DNA of 64,000 nt from Candidatus Levyibacteriota bacterium (GCA_016186645.1 JACPLF010000003.1:4112-68111); one strand, 5' to 3'; shown: positions 16,719-26,298, numbered from the stretch's first letter. Numbers and translations: made by a program. Notes: generated by a model not told the origin, from the sequence alone.

Positions 16719-18146
16719 ATGAATTCTCCTTTTGTAATGATAATCTTCGGCGCGACAGGAGATTTGATGCAAAACAAGCTTCTTCCGGCGCTTTTTTCTC
16801 TTTTTTCTCAAAAAAAACTACCAGAAGAATTTCACATAATCGGTTTTTCAAGAAGAGAATTATCGGATAATGAATTCACTAATTTATTTATAGGCCTATC
16901 TTCAAAAGAGGGCTGGGGAGATTTTGCAAAGCACTTACAATATCAACGAGGCTCATTTGAGGATGTGAATGGCTACAGCGAGCTTATAGAAAAATTAAAC
17001 ACATTTGATAAAAAACTTGGTGCATGCATCACTCGCTTTTTCTATCTTGCCACACCTCCACAGCATTATGAATCAATATTAAATTTTCTACAAAAGACTA
17101 AGCTTTCCGAGGGATGCGGGCAAAGAAGCAGTAAGTGGACAAGAATAATTGTTGAAAAACCTTTTGGAAAAGATTTGGAAACTGCAATTGCATTGGATAA
17201 AAAACTATCGGAAATTTTTGAAGAAAAACAGATTTTTAGAGTCGATCATTATTTGGGAAAAGAAACAGTCCAAAATATTCTGGCATTTCGTTTTGCAAAT
17301 GGAATTTTTGATCCGGTCTGGAACAAGCAATATTTGGATCATGTTCAGATAACATTTGCCGAGAAAAAAGGAATTGAAGGACGGGGAAATTTTTTTGACG
17401 GGGTTGGAATTCTTCGGGATGTTGGGCAAAATCATTTAATGCAGTTAGTGGCTAGCGTTGCCATGGAACAGCCAAAGAGCTTCACAAAAGAAGATCTTAG
17501 AGATGAAAGGGCAAAGGTTATAAAAGCCCTTAAGTACATAGAGGAAAAAGATGTAAATAATCAGGTTGTCCGCGGTCAGTACAAGGGTTATTTGTCGGAA
17601 AAAAATATTCCTCCAAATTCAAATACAGAAACATTTGCTGCAATTAAATTTTTTGTAAATACACCTCGCTTTCAAAATGTTCCTTTTTATGTTAGGGCAG
17701 GAAAGAAGATGCCAAGAAATACAGTTGAAATTTCGCTTATCTTTTTACAGACATGTCACATTTTATTTAAAGAATATGGATGTCCGGAAATTGGAAACGT
17801 TCTGACTATAAAAATCCAGCCGGATGAAGGAATTTCTATAAGAATGATTGCGAAAAAGCCCGGAATAAAATTAGCTCTTGAGCCGGTAACTATGGATTTC
17901 ACTTATCAAGAAGCATTTATGACAAAAGGAGTAGAAGCTTATGAGAAAGTTTTGTTGGATATTTTTGCCGGCGATCAAATGCTATTTAACCGGTCGGACG
18001 AATTATCCAGCTCCTGGGAATTTATCACAAAAATTCTCAACGGGTGGAAGGATAATGAATCAGGAATCATGAATTATGAGCAGGGAACTTGGGGACCGCA
18101 AGAAGCAAATGCGCTTATCGAAAAAGACGGCCGCAAATGGCTATGA
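16719..18146 (+). CDS. zwf: glucose-6-phosphate 1-dehydrogenase
   Basis: GATGDL NADP site, RIIVEKPFG and DHYLGKE motifs. Confidence 0.9.
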   Translation: MNSPFVMIIFGATGDLMQNKLLPALFSLFSQKKLPEEFHIIGFSRRELSDNEFTNLFIGLSSKEGWGDFAKHLQYQRGSFEDVNGYSELIEKLNTFDKKLGACITRFFYLATPPQHYESILNFLQKTKLSEGCGQRSSKWTRIIVEKPFGKDLETAIALDKKLSEIFEEKQIFRVDHYLGKETVQNILAFRFANGIFDPVWNKQYLDHVQITFAEKKGIEGRGNFFDGVGILRDVGQNHLMQLVASVAMEQPKSFTKEDLRDERAKVIKALKYIEEKDVNNQVVRGQYKGYLSEKNIPPNSNTETFAAIKFFVNTPRFQNVPFYVRAGKKMPRNTVEISLIFLQTCHILFKEYGCPEIGNVLTIKIQPDEGISIRMIAKKPGIKLALEPVTMDFTYQEAFMTKGVEAYEKVLLDIFAGDQMLFNRSDELSSSWEFITKILNGWKDNESGIMNYEQGTWGPQEANALIEKDGRKWL

Positions 18147-18155
18147 AATAGGATT

Positions 18156-19043
18156 ATGAAATTAGGATTTATAGGGCTTGGCAAGATGGGTGGGCGAATG
18201 GTGCAAAAACTTTTAAGCGAAGACCATGAAGTTGTGGCGTGGAATCGTTCGGAGCACGAATTAAAAAATGTAGAGACCGTTAAGCAATTAATAAAAAGTT
18301 TAAAGGCTCCTAGGATAGTTTGGTCCATGGTGCCCTCAGGGGAAGCGACAGAGGAGATTTTGAAAGAGGTTTCAAAGTTTGTAAGTGAGGGAGACATTGT
18401 GATTGATGGGGGGAATTCTAATTTCAAAGATACGCAAAGGAGATTTGAAGATTTTCAAAAAAGAGGAATTAGGTTTTTGGGGATTGGAGTAAGCGGAGGA
18501 GTAATTGCTGCAACTAAGGGTTATCCGATGATGGTTGGCGGGGACAAAAGCGCTTATGAGCACATTTCTCCAATCCTGGATTCATTATCAAAGCCTCATG
18601 GTGGGCATGAATATTTTGGTATTGGCGGAGCAGGACATTTTGTAAAAATGATTCACAACGGTATGGAATATGGAATTATGCAAAGTCTTGGAGAAGGATT
18701 TGGAGTCTTGGAGAAGTCTTCCTATAATTTGGATTTATTAAAAGTTGCAAAACTTTACCAGAAAGGAACTCTTGTGTCCGGATTTATGCTGGACCGCGCA
18801 GTTGAGGTTTTATCCAATCCCTCAATACTATCTAGTATTGAGGGTAAGATTGCAGAGTCAGGAGAAGCAAAATGGACTATTGAAGAAGCAAAAAAAGAAG
18901 GAGTGGATGTTGAAATTATTGAAAAATCTTTGGAATTTAGACGAAAATCTCAGACAGACAAAAAGATTCAAAACTCATTTTCCGCAAGAATGGTAGCAGC
19001 TCTGCGTAATGCCTTCGGAGGACATGAGGTGAAGAAAAAATAG
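18156..19043 (+). CDS. gnd: 6-phosphogluconate dehydrogenase, short (YqeC-like) form
   Basis: GLGKMGG Rossmann motif and the GGNSNFKDT region. Confidence 0.75.
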   Translation: MKLGFIGLGKMGGRMVQKLLSEDHEVVAWNRSEHELKNVETVKQLIKSLKAPRIVWSMVPSGEATEEILKEVSKFVSEGDIVIDGGNSNFKDTQRRFEDFQKRGIRFLGIGVSGGVIAATKGYPMMVGGDKSAYEHISPILDSLSKPHGGHEYFGIGGAGHFVKMIHNGMEYGIMQSLGEGFGVLEKSSYNLDLLKVAKLYQKGTLVSGFMLDRAVEVLSNPSILSSIEGKIAESGEAKWTIEEAKKEGVDVEIIEKSLEFRRKSQTDKKIQNSFSARMVAALRNAFGGHEVKKK

Positions 19044-19703
19044 TTAAAATTCTGCCTTCATCTCTCCTTCTATAAAATCTCTAAAGACAGAAGCTTGTTC
19101 TTTTGGTGATTCATGAACAGTAATTGTACCAAGCAGTTGCGTAAACGGATCTAAATTTCCTAATTGCTTTAGAACTTGATCTGTTGTTTTTCCATGACCT
19201 ATTATCTCATGTAATGTAGCTCTATTTCTACGCCTTTCAGTAATACAAGTTATTGATATTTCTGGATTTATCTTTTGTATCTCTAGCAGTCTTACTAAGT
19301 CTAGCACAGTAGGCTTTTTAATAGTTACCTGTGCTTTCAAATGCGGCTCTTGTTCAAATATGGGTATATATTTTTCCTCATCCGCTTCTATCAGCAATAC
19401 TTGTTTTGCTTGCTTGATTTGTTCGATAATTCCAGACAAAAAATTATCACGCTCCTCCTCTGACAAACCTTGTACTTGCCTTCGTAAGTTCTCAAACGTT
19501 TTTATTTCACCTCTTCTACCATCAGGACGCCCATCTATGAGAATAAGTGTGCGTTCTCCATCGCTATCTATTTGCCATTGCAAAAGTTCTCTCCAGTAAG
19601 ATTCACCGAACCTATCTGGTTTAGTATGATTAATGCCCATTACTGCATCCCTGTTGTTATTTGCTAATGTAAAAAGAGATTCTGGTGATGGCATAATTTG
19701 CAA
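19044..19703 (-). CDS. hypothetical protein (219 aa)
   Basis: ORF track. A minus-strand TATAAT lies about 5 nt before the ATG (leaderless-type). Confidence 0.45.
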   Translation of the reverse strand: MQIMPSPESLFTLANNNRDAVMGINHTKPDRFGESYWRELLQWQIDSDGERTLILIDGRPDGRRGEIKTFENLRRQVQGLSEEERDNFLSGIIEQIKQAKQVLLIEADEEKYIPIFEQEPHLKAQVTIKKPTVLDLVRLLEIQKINPEISITCITERRRNRATLHEIIGHGKTTDQVLKQLGNLDPFTQLLGTITVHESPKEQASVFRDFIEGEMKAEF

Positions 19704-19743
19704 TTATATAACAACTTTTGAAAATATGCTATACTTTTGTTGA

Positions 19744-20996
19744 ATATGCGTTACTCTAAGCTATTTGGGAAAACCATAAAAAATGCGCCGAATGATGAGG
19801 TCAGTCTAAATTCCAAGCTCTTAACCCGCGCCGGATTCATACGTCGTGAAGTTTCCGGAGTGTACAATTATCTGCCCTTAGGCTTAAGAGTAATTGAAAA
19901 AATTTCCAATATAGTCCGGGAGGAAATGCATGCAATCGGCGGACAGGAATTGTTGTTAAGCGCTCTTCAAAATAAACAGTCTTGGGAGAAAACAGGCAGA
20001 TGGAAAAGTTTTGATGTGCTTTTCAAACTCACAAGTGTTTTGGATCGGGAGTATCCTTTGGGGCCTACACATGAAGAAGTAATTATTCCTTTAGCAAAAC
20101 AATTTATAAGCTCGTACAAAGATTTGCCTTTTAGTGTTTATCAAATTCAGACAAAATTTAGAGATGAAAAAAGAGCCAAAAGCGGAATTTTAAGAGGCCG
20201 TGAGTTCCTGATGAAAGATTTATATTCATTTCATGCAGATGAAAAAGATTTCAAAAAATATTACGAAACTGTAAAAAAAGCATACAAAAAAATTTTTAAA
20301 CGTTTGGGACTTATCGCTATTGAAACAGAAGCAAGCGGAGGATCATTTAGTAAAGTTTCTCATGAATATCAAGTTATTGCCGCGGCGGGAGAGGATGAGA
20401 TTATTTATTGCCCGGGCGGAGATTTTTCTGCAAACAGTGAAATAAGTCCTGTTAAGGAAGGAAAACAGTGTGACTTGGGCCATGGAGCCTTAAAAAAGGT
20501 AAAAGCAATTGAAGTTGGGAATATTTTCCCTCTTGGCACAAAGTTTTCCGATGCTTTTGGATTGACTTATAAAAATAAAGAAGGCAAAGATATTCCTGTT
20601 GTCATGGGATGTTATGGGATTGGCATCTCAAGACTGATGGGTACAATTGCCGAAGTTCATAATGATGAAAAAGGAATTGTCTGGTCAAAAGAGGTTGCGC
20701 CGTATGACGTTCACTTGGTCCACCTCGGAGGAGTCGAGGCCGCTGCCTCGCCACCGTCCGAGGTGATACGTTTTGCGGATGAAGTTTATGAAACACTGAA
20801 GAAGAATGGAGTTGAAGTTTTGTGGGATGATCGGGAAGAGTCTCCAGGAACTAAATTCGCAGACGCAGACCTCATCGGAATTCCAGTTCGGTTGGTTGTT
20901 AGTAAAAGAAATGGCGACAAGGTCGAGTTTAAAAATAGAAATTCAGAAAAATCAGAGCTTTTAAGTTTGGGAGAGACTGCTAAAAAATTAAGGTAA
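19744..20996 (+). CDS. proS: prolyl-tRNA synthetase, minimal form with no editing insertion
   Basis: Class II motifs and MRYSKLFGKTIKNAP N-terminus. ATG at 19744 (the ORF track begins at the TTG at 19737). TGCTATACT at 19725-19733. Carries an in-frame hairpin insert at 20721-20765. Confidence 0.9.
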
Positions 20997-21599
20997 AAAG
21001 GGAACTTTGAAGTTGAAGATTTTTGTCCAGAAAAGCGTGTAGATCACAATGAAAATCAATCCCGCAATTCCAAATAAAATAGGTATCATTATCCCGCTTT
21101 TCTTTTTGATAGCAATAGTTTGAGCTTGAGGCTGGGGCTGGGGAGCTGAAAAATTTGCTGAAGAAGGAGAAGCTGTAACTTCTGAGTTCATTTGAACAAA
21201 GTTAGAAGCTTGCGGCTGCGTGGGGATAGCTAGGTCGGGTGTTGGAATAGGTTCAGGCTGAGGATGAATTGCAGGCTGAGGCTCGGGTATTGAAGGTTGT
21301 GGCTCGGAAATAGGCTCAGGTTCATTCGTAGGGGCTGGAGGCGGCTGAATAGGCTGAGTTGGTATTGGTTCTGGTTGAGGCATTGGTGTTGGAGCAGGAG
21401 TTGGATTGGGCATAGGAGGTGTAGTTCCGCCGGCTGGCGGAGTAAGAGTTTGAGTCTGAATTGGCTCGCCTCGGGGCGAAGCCACGCCAAAGGCGGGCGA
21501 AGGAGGCTGAGTTTGCGGTTGGGGCACAGGTGTTCCCATTACGCGCTGATAGGCTTCTCTTAATTTCGGATCGAGCTGGGACAGTTTTTGCGGATCCAT
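20988..21599 (-). CDS. proline-rich tail-anchored membrane protein
   Basis: PQPEPIPT repeats and a C-terminal TM helix. Contains the 18-mer CTCGCCTCGGGGCGAAGC (21465-21482) on its antisense. Confidence 0.5.
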   Translation of the reverse strand: MDPQKLSQLDPKLREAYQRVMGTPVPQPQTQPPSPAFGVASPRGEPIQTQTLTPPAGGTTPPMPNPTPAPTPMPQPEPIPTQPIQPPPAPTNEPEPISEPQPSIPEPQPAIHPQPEPIPTPDLAIPTQPQASNFVQMNSEVTASPSSANFSAPQPQPQAQTIAIKKKSGIMIPILFGIAGLIFIVIYTLFWTKIFNFKVPFLP

Positions 21600-21639
21600 A
21601 TTTTTATATTTTTATTAGAATCTTTGAAGTTAGATATTA

Positions 21640-21762
21640 TTGATGTCTTTGATTCTGAATCTTTGAATTTTTGATTTTCTTGAATTCAAGATATCAATAA
21701 CTCAAGGTCAAAAACATCTCACTTCTAATTTCAAGAATTCCTTACATAAATATAGTCTTTTA
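21640..21762. repeat. family 3 palindromic intergenic element, copy C
   Basis: Homologous to 27505-27628 and 52480-52596 (tcttgaattc...atcaaa...gtcaagg...atcta...ttcaa). Confidence 0.55.
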
Positions 21763-21809
21763 TTTTGATTAATTTGTCAAGGGGTGCAGTCTGCTGTATA
21801 CTTAAAAGC

Positions 21810-22091
21810 ATGAATCCCGTTAAAGATCGCTTTTATTATGTTTACATTTTACAAAGTTTGAAGAGCAACAAATGGTATACTGGCTACACAAATGAATTAC
21901 GCAAGCGTTTTAATCAACATCAAGAAAATAAATCTACATATACAAAAGGACGAGGACCTTTTAATCTTATATATTATGAAACATCGTTGAGAGAGGAGGA
22001 CGCTATAGCGAGAGAAAGATATCTTAAAAGCGGGATGGGCAAACGATATCTTAAAAATAGATTAAAACGCTCGCTATCTTTAACGGGATGA
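21810..22091 (+). CDS. GIY-YIG family nuclease (small, UPF0213-like)
   Basis: YYVYILQS...WYTGYTNELRKRFNQH. The TATACT -10 lies 7 nt before the ATG. Confidence 0.75.
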   Translation: MNPVKDRFYYVYILQSLKSNKWYTGYTNELRKRFNQHQENKSTYTKGRGPFNLIYYETSLREEDAIARERYLKSGMGKRYLKNRLKRSLSLTG

Positions 22092-23077
22092 AAATCGTTG
22101 TAACTCACAGTTCGCCGGACATGGATGCCATAACTTCTGTCTGGCTTATCAGAAAATTTTTACCAAATTGGAGCGATGCCCTAGTTAGGTTTGTACCAGC
22201 GGGAGAAAGGTTTACTTTTCGGAAAACTCAGAATGCTCAGAGCTCCAGCGTTTCTGACGGTCAGACTATCAGACAATCTGACTCTCCGAGTTCTTCAGAG
22301 TTTTCTGAAGTTGTCGAAAATATTGGCGAGGATGAAGTTATCCATGTTGATACTGGATTGGGACCTCTGGATCATCATCAGACTGCATCGGATGAAGTAT
22401 GCGGAGCAAGCCTGACGTTTGACTTCGTCAAACGAGTTCAAAATTCAAAATTCTCGCCTCGGGGCGAAGCGGGCAAAATTCAAAATTTGGAAAGCAAAAA
22501 GTGGAACGACAGAATGAAGGCAGTAGGGAGGATGGTGAAAGTTGTTGTTGATATAGATCATTTTAAGGAAGTTTTCCGCAAGGACCCTTTGGCTGACTAT
22601 CATGAATTTGACCTTGCAGGTATTTTGGATGGGCTCAAGCTCGAGCTTCCGGGTCAAGATGAATTATATGTTGCAGAAGTTAGCAAATCTTTGGATGCAA
22701 TTTTGCATGGGTTTGAAAATAGGATTTGGGCGGAAAAAGAAATCAGGGAAAAAGGGAAAAAATTTAAAACGCGCTTTGGCCGCGGAATTGGTTTAGAGAC
22801 AATAAATGATTCGGTTGTAAAATTGGCTCAAAAAATGGGATATGTAATTGCTGTGAGAAAAGATCCAAGAAAAGGGTACGTCCGAATAAAAGTGAGGCCG
22901 GATAGTAAAATTGATTTGACTTTAGTCTACGAGAAGTTTAGAAAAATCGACCCGGATGCCACGTGGTTTCTTCATGTTTCCAAAAAAATGCTTCTCAACG
23001 GTTCGGTAAAAAATCCCAAGATGAGGTCTACCAAGCTTTCTTTGAATGACATAATTAGAGTTCTAGAAAAGATATAA
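22088..23077 (+). CDS. DHH-family phosphoesterase (nanoRNase/NrnA-like)
   Basis: HSSPDMDAITS, DTGLGPLDHHQ. Overlaps the GIY-YIG stop. Carries in-frame repeat inserts at 22261-22300 and 22452-22469. Confidence 0.75.
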   Translation: MKIVVTHSSPDMDAITSVWLIRKFLPNWSDALVRFVPAGERFTFRKTQNAQSSSVSDGQTIRQSDSPSSSEFSEVVENIGEDEVIHVDTGLGPLDHHQTASDEVCGASLTFDFVKRVQNSKFSPRGEAGKIQNLESKKWNDRMKAVGRMVKVVVDIDHFKEVFRKDPLADYHEFDLAGILDGLKLELPGQDELYVAEVSKSLDAILHGFENRIWAEKEIREKGKKFKTRFGRGIGLETINDSVVKLAQKMGYVIAVRKDPRKGYVRIKVRPDSKIDLTLVYEKFRKIDPDATWFLHVSKKMLLNGSVKNPKMRSTKLSLNDIIRVLEKI

Positions 23078-23150
23078 TTGTTATATTGCTAAATTGTTAT
23101 ATTGTTAAATTGTTTTTGGTTCCTAGCAATATAGCAATTTAACAATAAGC
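23078..23150. repeat. tandem 8-bp AAATTGTT/ATATTGCT repeats with an inverted partner
   Basis: attgttatattgctaaattgttatattgttaaattg ... caatatagcaatttaacaat. Confidence 0.6.
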
Positions 23151-23171
23151 GAAGCGATAGCGAGCGAAACA

Positions 23172-23537
23172 ATGGAAAACTGTGTTTTTTGCAAAATCAG
23201 AGATAGAATTATCCCGAAAGAATTCACTTACGAAGATGAATCGGTGATGGTTTTTCCGGATATAAATCCAATTAAGCCTGTTCATCTTTTGATTGTTCCC
23301 AAAAAACATATAGAAGACTTTTTAATGATAAATGATCCCTACAACGCTCGCGCTTCGAGGGGCGAGGCAGGTAAATTATTAATTATGAAGTTAATAAAGA
23401 TAACTCAAAAAATGATAAAGAAGTTCGGATTAGAAAATAAGGGATACAGGGTTGGAATAAACGGCGGAGGAGCCCAAATCATAAACCATCTTCACTTCCA
23501 TCTCCTAGGCCCCATGGGTAAAGCTGCTGCGATGTAA
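23172..23537 (+). CDS. HIT-family (histidine triad) nucleotide hydrolase
   Basis: NHLHFHLLG histidine triad. Contains the 21-mer ACAACGCTCGCGCTTCGAGGG (23341-23361), identical to a stretch in folC. Confidence 0.85.
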   Translation: MENCVFCKIRDRIIPKEFTYEDESVMVFPDINPIKPVHLLIVPKKHIEDFLMINDPYNARASRGEAGKLLIMKLIKITQKMIKKFGLENKGYRVGINGGGAQIINHLHFHLLGPMGKAAAM

Positions 23538-23553
23538 GAAGTTCCCGCCTAAG

Positions 23554-23614
23554 CTTACCGTTCGAACACGTCAGACGTGTTTCATGGAGCGCTTTAGCGG
23601 CGGGCAAGTAGTTT
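23554..23614. repeat. family 2 palindromic element, copy b
   Basis: cccgcctaagctt...gcgctttagcggcggg with an inner aacacgtcagacgtgtt hairpin. Confidence 0.6.
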
Positions 23615-23767
23615 TTATTTGATTTCCGATCAAAAGATATATGACTACAATCAGCGATCGCATAGTAATATCATACATTATCTATGATCATAGCTGTAAC
23701 GCTTGAGTGGATTAAATGGGTATTTACTCTATTTTGGGTTTGGAGTAGAATAGAAAGTGGTAACGTG

Positions 23768-23910
23768 TCCGCCTAAGTTCAGTATTCGCCTTTCCCGCCT
23801 GCAACGCTTTGCGAAGCAATGCGGGCAGGTCAATTCTATTCGCGTAAAGCGACGTGGTCGCCACGCGACTTTACGTCGAATACGGCTCATACTTCACTTT
23901 AGCGGCGGAC
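23768..23910. repeat. family 2 palindromic element, copy c (longer, with extra internal hairpins)
   Basis: tccgcctaag...cactttagcggcggac. Internal cgtaaagcgacgtgg/ccacgcgactttacg pair. Confidence 0.55.
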
Positions 23911-23970
23911 GTAAGAAACTGTAATTCCAAATTAAAATTTGGAAACAGTTTCTAACGGAGGTGATTATTT

Positions 23971-24153
23971 ATGGTGGTAGTTAGAAGAATGCCGGGAGAC
24001 AGCGATGATACGCTGATTCGGAAATTTCAAAGAAAAGTCTTAAACGAAGGAATTATTTCCGAGGCAAAAAGACGTGCTTTTTACCTGAAACCTTCTTTGG
24101 CCCGAAAGCAAAAGGTGCAGGATAACCGAAGAGCAAAAAAGATGTGGGCGTAA
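23971..24153 (+). CDS. rpsU: 30S ribosomal protein S21
   Basis: Basic 60-aa protein whose C-terminal ARKQKVQDNRRAKK resembles S21. Confidence 0.85.
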   Translation: MVVVRRMPGDSDDTLIRKFQRKVLNEGIISEAKRRAFYLKPSLARKQKVQDNRRAKKMWA

Positions 24154-24155
24154 TT

Positions 24156-24542
24156 ATGGAGCAGGTTAATATCCCCATTTTTGTAGAAAGCAGATATAGA
24201 GTCAATAGGAAACGCATTAAACAAGCTGTTTCCAAAGTGCTAATGAAGCACGAAATCAAAGGCCCTGTGGAGGTTTCTGTTGCTATTGTTGGAGATCGGA
24301 AAATGCGCGCTTTAAGCAAAAAATATAAAGGTGAGGACAAGACAAGAAATGTTTTATCATTTTCACTGTCCGAAGGTGAATCAGCACATTTGGATAACGA
24401 AGTTTTAAGACTCGGAGACATTGTCCTGTCCTACCCGCAAGTTATAAAAGAAGCATCGGAAGAAGAAATGCTTGTGGATGATAAAATTGATGAACTCATT
24501 GAACACGGAATGCTCCACCTTTTGGGAATCAATCATGAGTGA
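24156..24542 (+). CDS. ybeY: rRNA maturation endoribonuclease YbeY
   Basis: NVLSFSL, LGDIVLSYP and HGMLHLLGINHE motifs. Confidence 0.8.
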   Translation: MEQVNIPIFVESRYRVNRKRIKQAVSKVLMKHEIKGPVEVSVAIVGDRKMRALSKKYKGEDKTRNVLSFSLSEGESAHLDNEVLRLGDIVLSYPQVIKEASEEEMLVDDKIDELIEHGMLHLLGINHE

Positions 24543-24544
24543 AA

Positions 24545-24697
24545 TTGACCTAATTGCCCTAATTAACCACGTCAAACGTGGCAGGCCTAATTTCTAAGCT
24601 GGAACTTGGCCCGCCTTGCCCGTTTCGACTCAACGAGGCGAGCCGGGCGAGGCAGGGATTTGATTAGGTCAATTAGAAATTAGAATAATTAGAAATT
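24545..24697. repeat. family 1 MITE-like element (TTGACCTAAT/ATTAGGTCAA TIRs) followed by AATTAG tandem repeats
   Basis: Homologous to 4003-4118. Confidence 0.65.
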
Positions 24698-24704
24698 TAG
24701 GTGT

Positions 24705-26291
24705 ATGGTTTTTTATCGAAAATATCGTCCGCAAAAAATAGAAGAGCTGGATAGTAAAGAAGTTAGGGACAAACTTCATAGTGTTTTGGGAAGCTCCTCT
24801 GTTTCTCATGCTTTTCTTTTTACAGGCCCCAAAGGTTTGGGAAAAACCTCAGCTGCAAGAATTGTCGCAAAAGTCCTAAACTGTGAAAAGGTGAGAAATG
24901 AGAAAGGAGAAATGAAAAATAAAGATAAAACTTCCCATCTCTCATCTCTCACTTCTCATTTCCGTGCGGTTGAGCCGTGCAATAAATGTGAACAATGCAT
25001 CTCGATTACACGCGGAACAAATCTAGACGTTTTGGAAATAGATGGTGCTTCAAATAGGGGAATAGATGAAATAAGAGATCTTAGGGAAAAAGTAAAACTT
25101 TCTCCAGCCGGGAGCCGCAAAAAAGTTTATATTATCGATGAAGTTCACATGTTAACCGCAGAAGCGTTTAATGCGCTTCTTAAAACTTTGGAAGAACCGC
25201 CAAGTCATGTTGTTTTTATTCTCTGCACAACAGAACCTCACAAAGTGCCAAGCACAATTCTGTCCCGTTGTTTACATATTCAATTTAGAAAAGCAACAGA
25301 GGCAGAACTGGTCAGATCGTTTGAAAGAATAATTAAAGCGGAAAAAATAAAAGCCGACAAAGAAGCCTTAGATTTAATCGCTAGTCTTTCAGACGGTAGC
25401 TTTAGAGACGGATCAAAACTTTTGGAAGAAATAGCTCTTTTGGCAGGACGTAAAAAAATTGCAAAAGAATTGATAGAAGAAAAATATTATGTATCAAGTA
25501 TTAAGTATCATATTAGAGCGATGGTGAAATGTTTGGATGCGAAAGACACAAAAGGAGGACTTGAACTTGTTTCAAAGCTGACAGAACAGGGCATTGACAT
25601 GAAGTTTTTTATTGAAGAATTAATACAGACTCTCCATAGTTTGTTACTTCAAAAAGTAGGGATTAAGAATGATCAAGAATTGGAAGTTCAAATTCTAGAC
25701 TTTGATATCAATGGAATCAAAAGACTGGTAGAATTATTTGCAAAAGCGCACAGCGAATTAAAATATGCGGTTTTGCCCCAGATTCCTTTGGAGCTGGTGA
25801 TTGTGGAATGGGGAATCCAGAAAACTCAGAATACTCAGCAATCCGGCAATTCTGATAATCAGACGATCAGACCCGCTTCACCGAAGCTCCCGCCTAGACT
25901 CGGCGAGGCTGGTCAGCGAGGCGAGCAATCTGATTCTCCGAGTATTCAGAAAATGGTGAAAGCACAAAAAAATGAAATACCGCTTAATGTTGCTCAGCAG
26001 AATATGATGGGGTACAGTGAGAATAATGCGTTGTGGGTCTCTTTGATAGATAGAGTGAAGGCTTACAATCATTCTATTGCCGGGGTATTGCGCGGATGCA
26101 GGATAAAAAGTTATGATGGTAAGAGTTTAATAATAGAAGCAAATTTCAAATTCCATAAAGATAAATTAGGGGAAATAAAAACACAACAGGTTTTGGAAGA
26201 AGCATGCAAAGAAATTACGAAGAAAAATGTTAAAGTAGAAGTGATGATGAAACCCGCCGTCGCTAAAGCTTTGGCGGGCGATGGGAGGTGA
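24705..26291 (+). CDS. dnaX: DNA polymerase III subunits gamma/tau
   Basis: MVFYRKYRPQKIEEL, GPKGLGKTS P-loop, a zinc module with CNKCEQC, and a box VII LSRC sensor. Carries nested GC-rich repeat inserts at 24930-24965 and 25857-25943. Confidence 0.9.
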   Translation: MVFYRKYRPQKIEELDSKEVRDKLHSVLGSSSVSHAFLFTGPKGLGKTSAARIVAKVLNCEKVRNEKGEMKNKDKTSHLSSLTSHFRAVEPCNKCEQCISITRGTNLDVLEIDGASNRGIDEIRDLREKVKLSPAGSRKKVYIIDEVHMLTAEAFNALLKTLEEPPSHVVFILCTTEPHKVPSTILSRCLHIQFRKATEAELVRSFERIIKAEKIKADKEALDLIASLSDGSFRDGSKLLEEIALLAGRKKIAKELIEEKYYVSSIKYHIRAMVKCLDAKDTKGGLELVSKLTEQGIDMKFFIEELIQTLHSLLLQKVGIKNDQELEVQILDFDINGIKRLVELFAKAHSELKYAVLPQIPLELVIVEWGIQKTQNTQQSGNSDNQTIRPASPKLPPRLGEAGQRGEQSDSPSIQKMVKAQKNEIPLNVAQQNMMGYSENNALWVSLIDRVKAYNHSIAGVLRGCRIKSYDGKSLIIEANFKFHKDKLGEIKTQQVLEEACKEITKKNVKVEVMMKPAVAKALAGDGR

Positions 26292-26298
26292 GCGATTT

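Noticed and set aside
21230-21563. + and - strand ORFs inside the proline-rich gene
   Set aside because: Alternative frames of the GC-rich, Pro-codon-rich region. The minus-strand frame with the C-terminal TM anchor is kept.
23554-23620. tRNA search (for example CCGTTCGAACACG near 23566)
   Set aside because: No T-loop GTTCRANYC with matching acceptor/anticodon stems was found here or elsewhere. No tRNA or rRNA was called.
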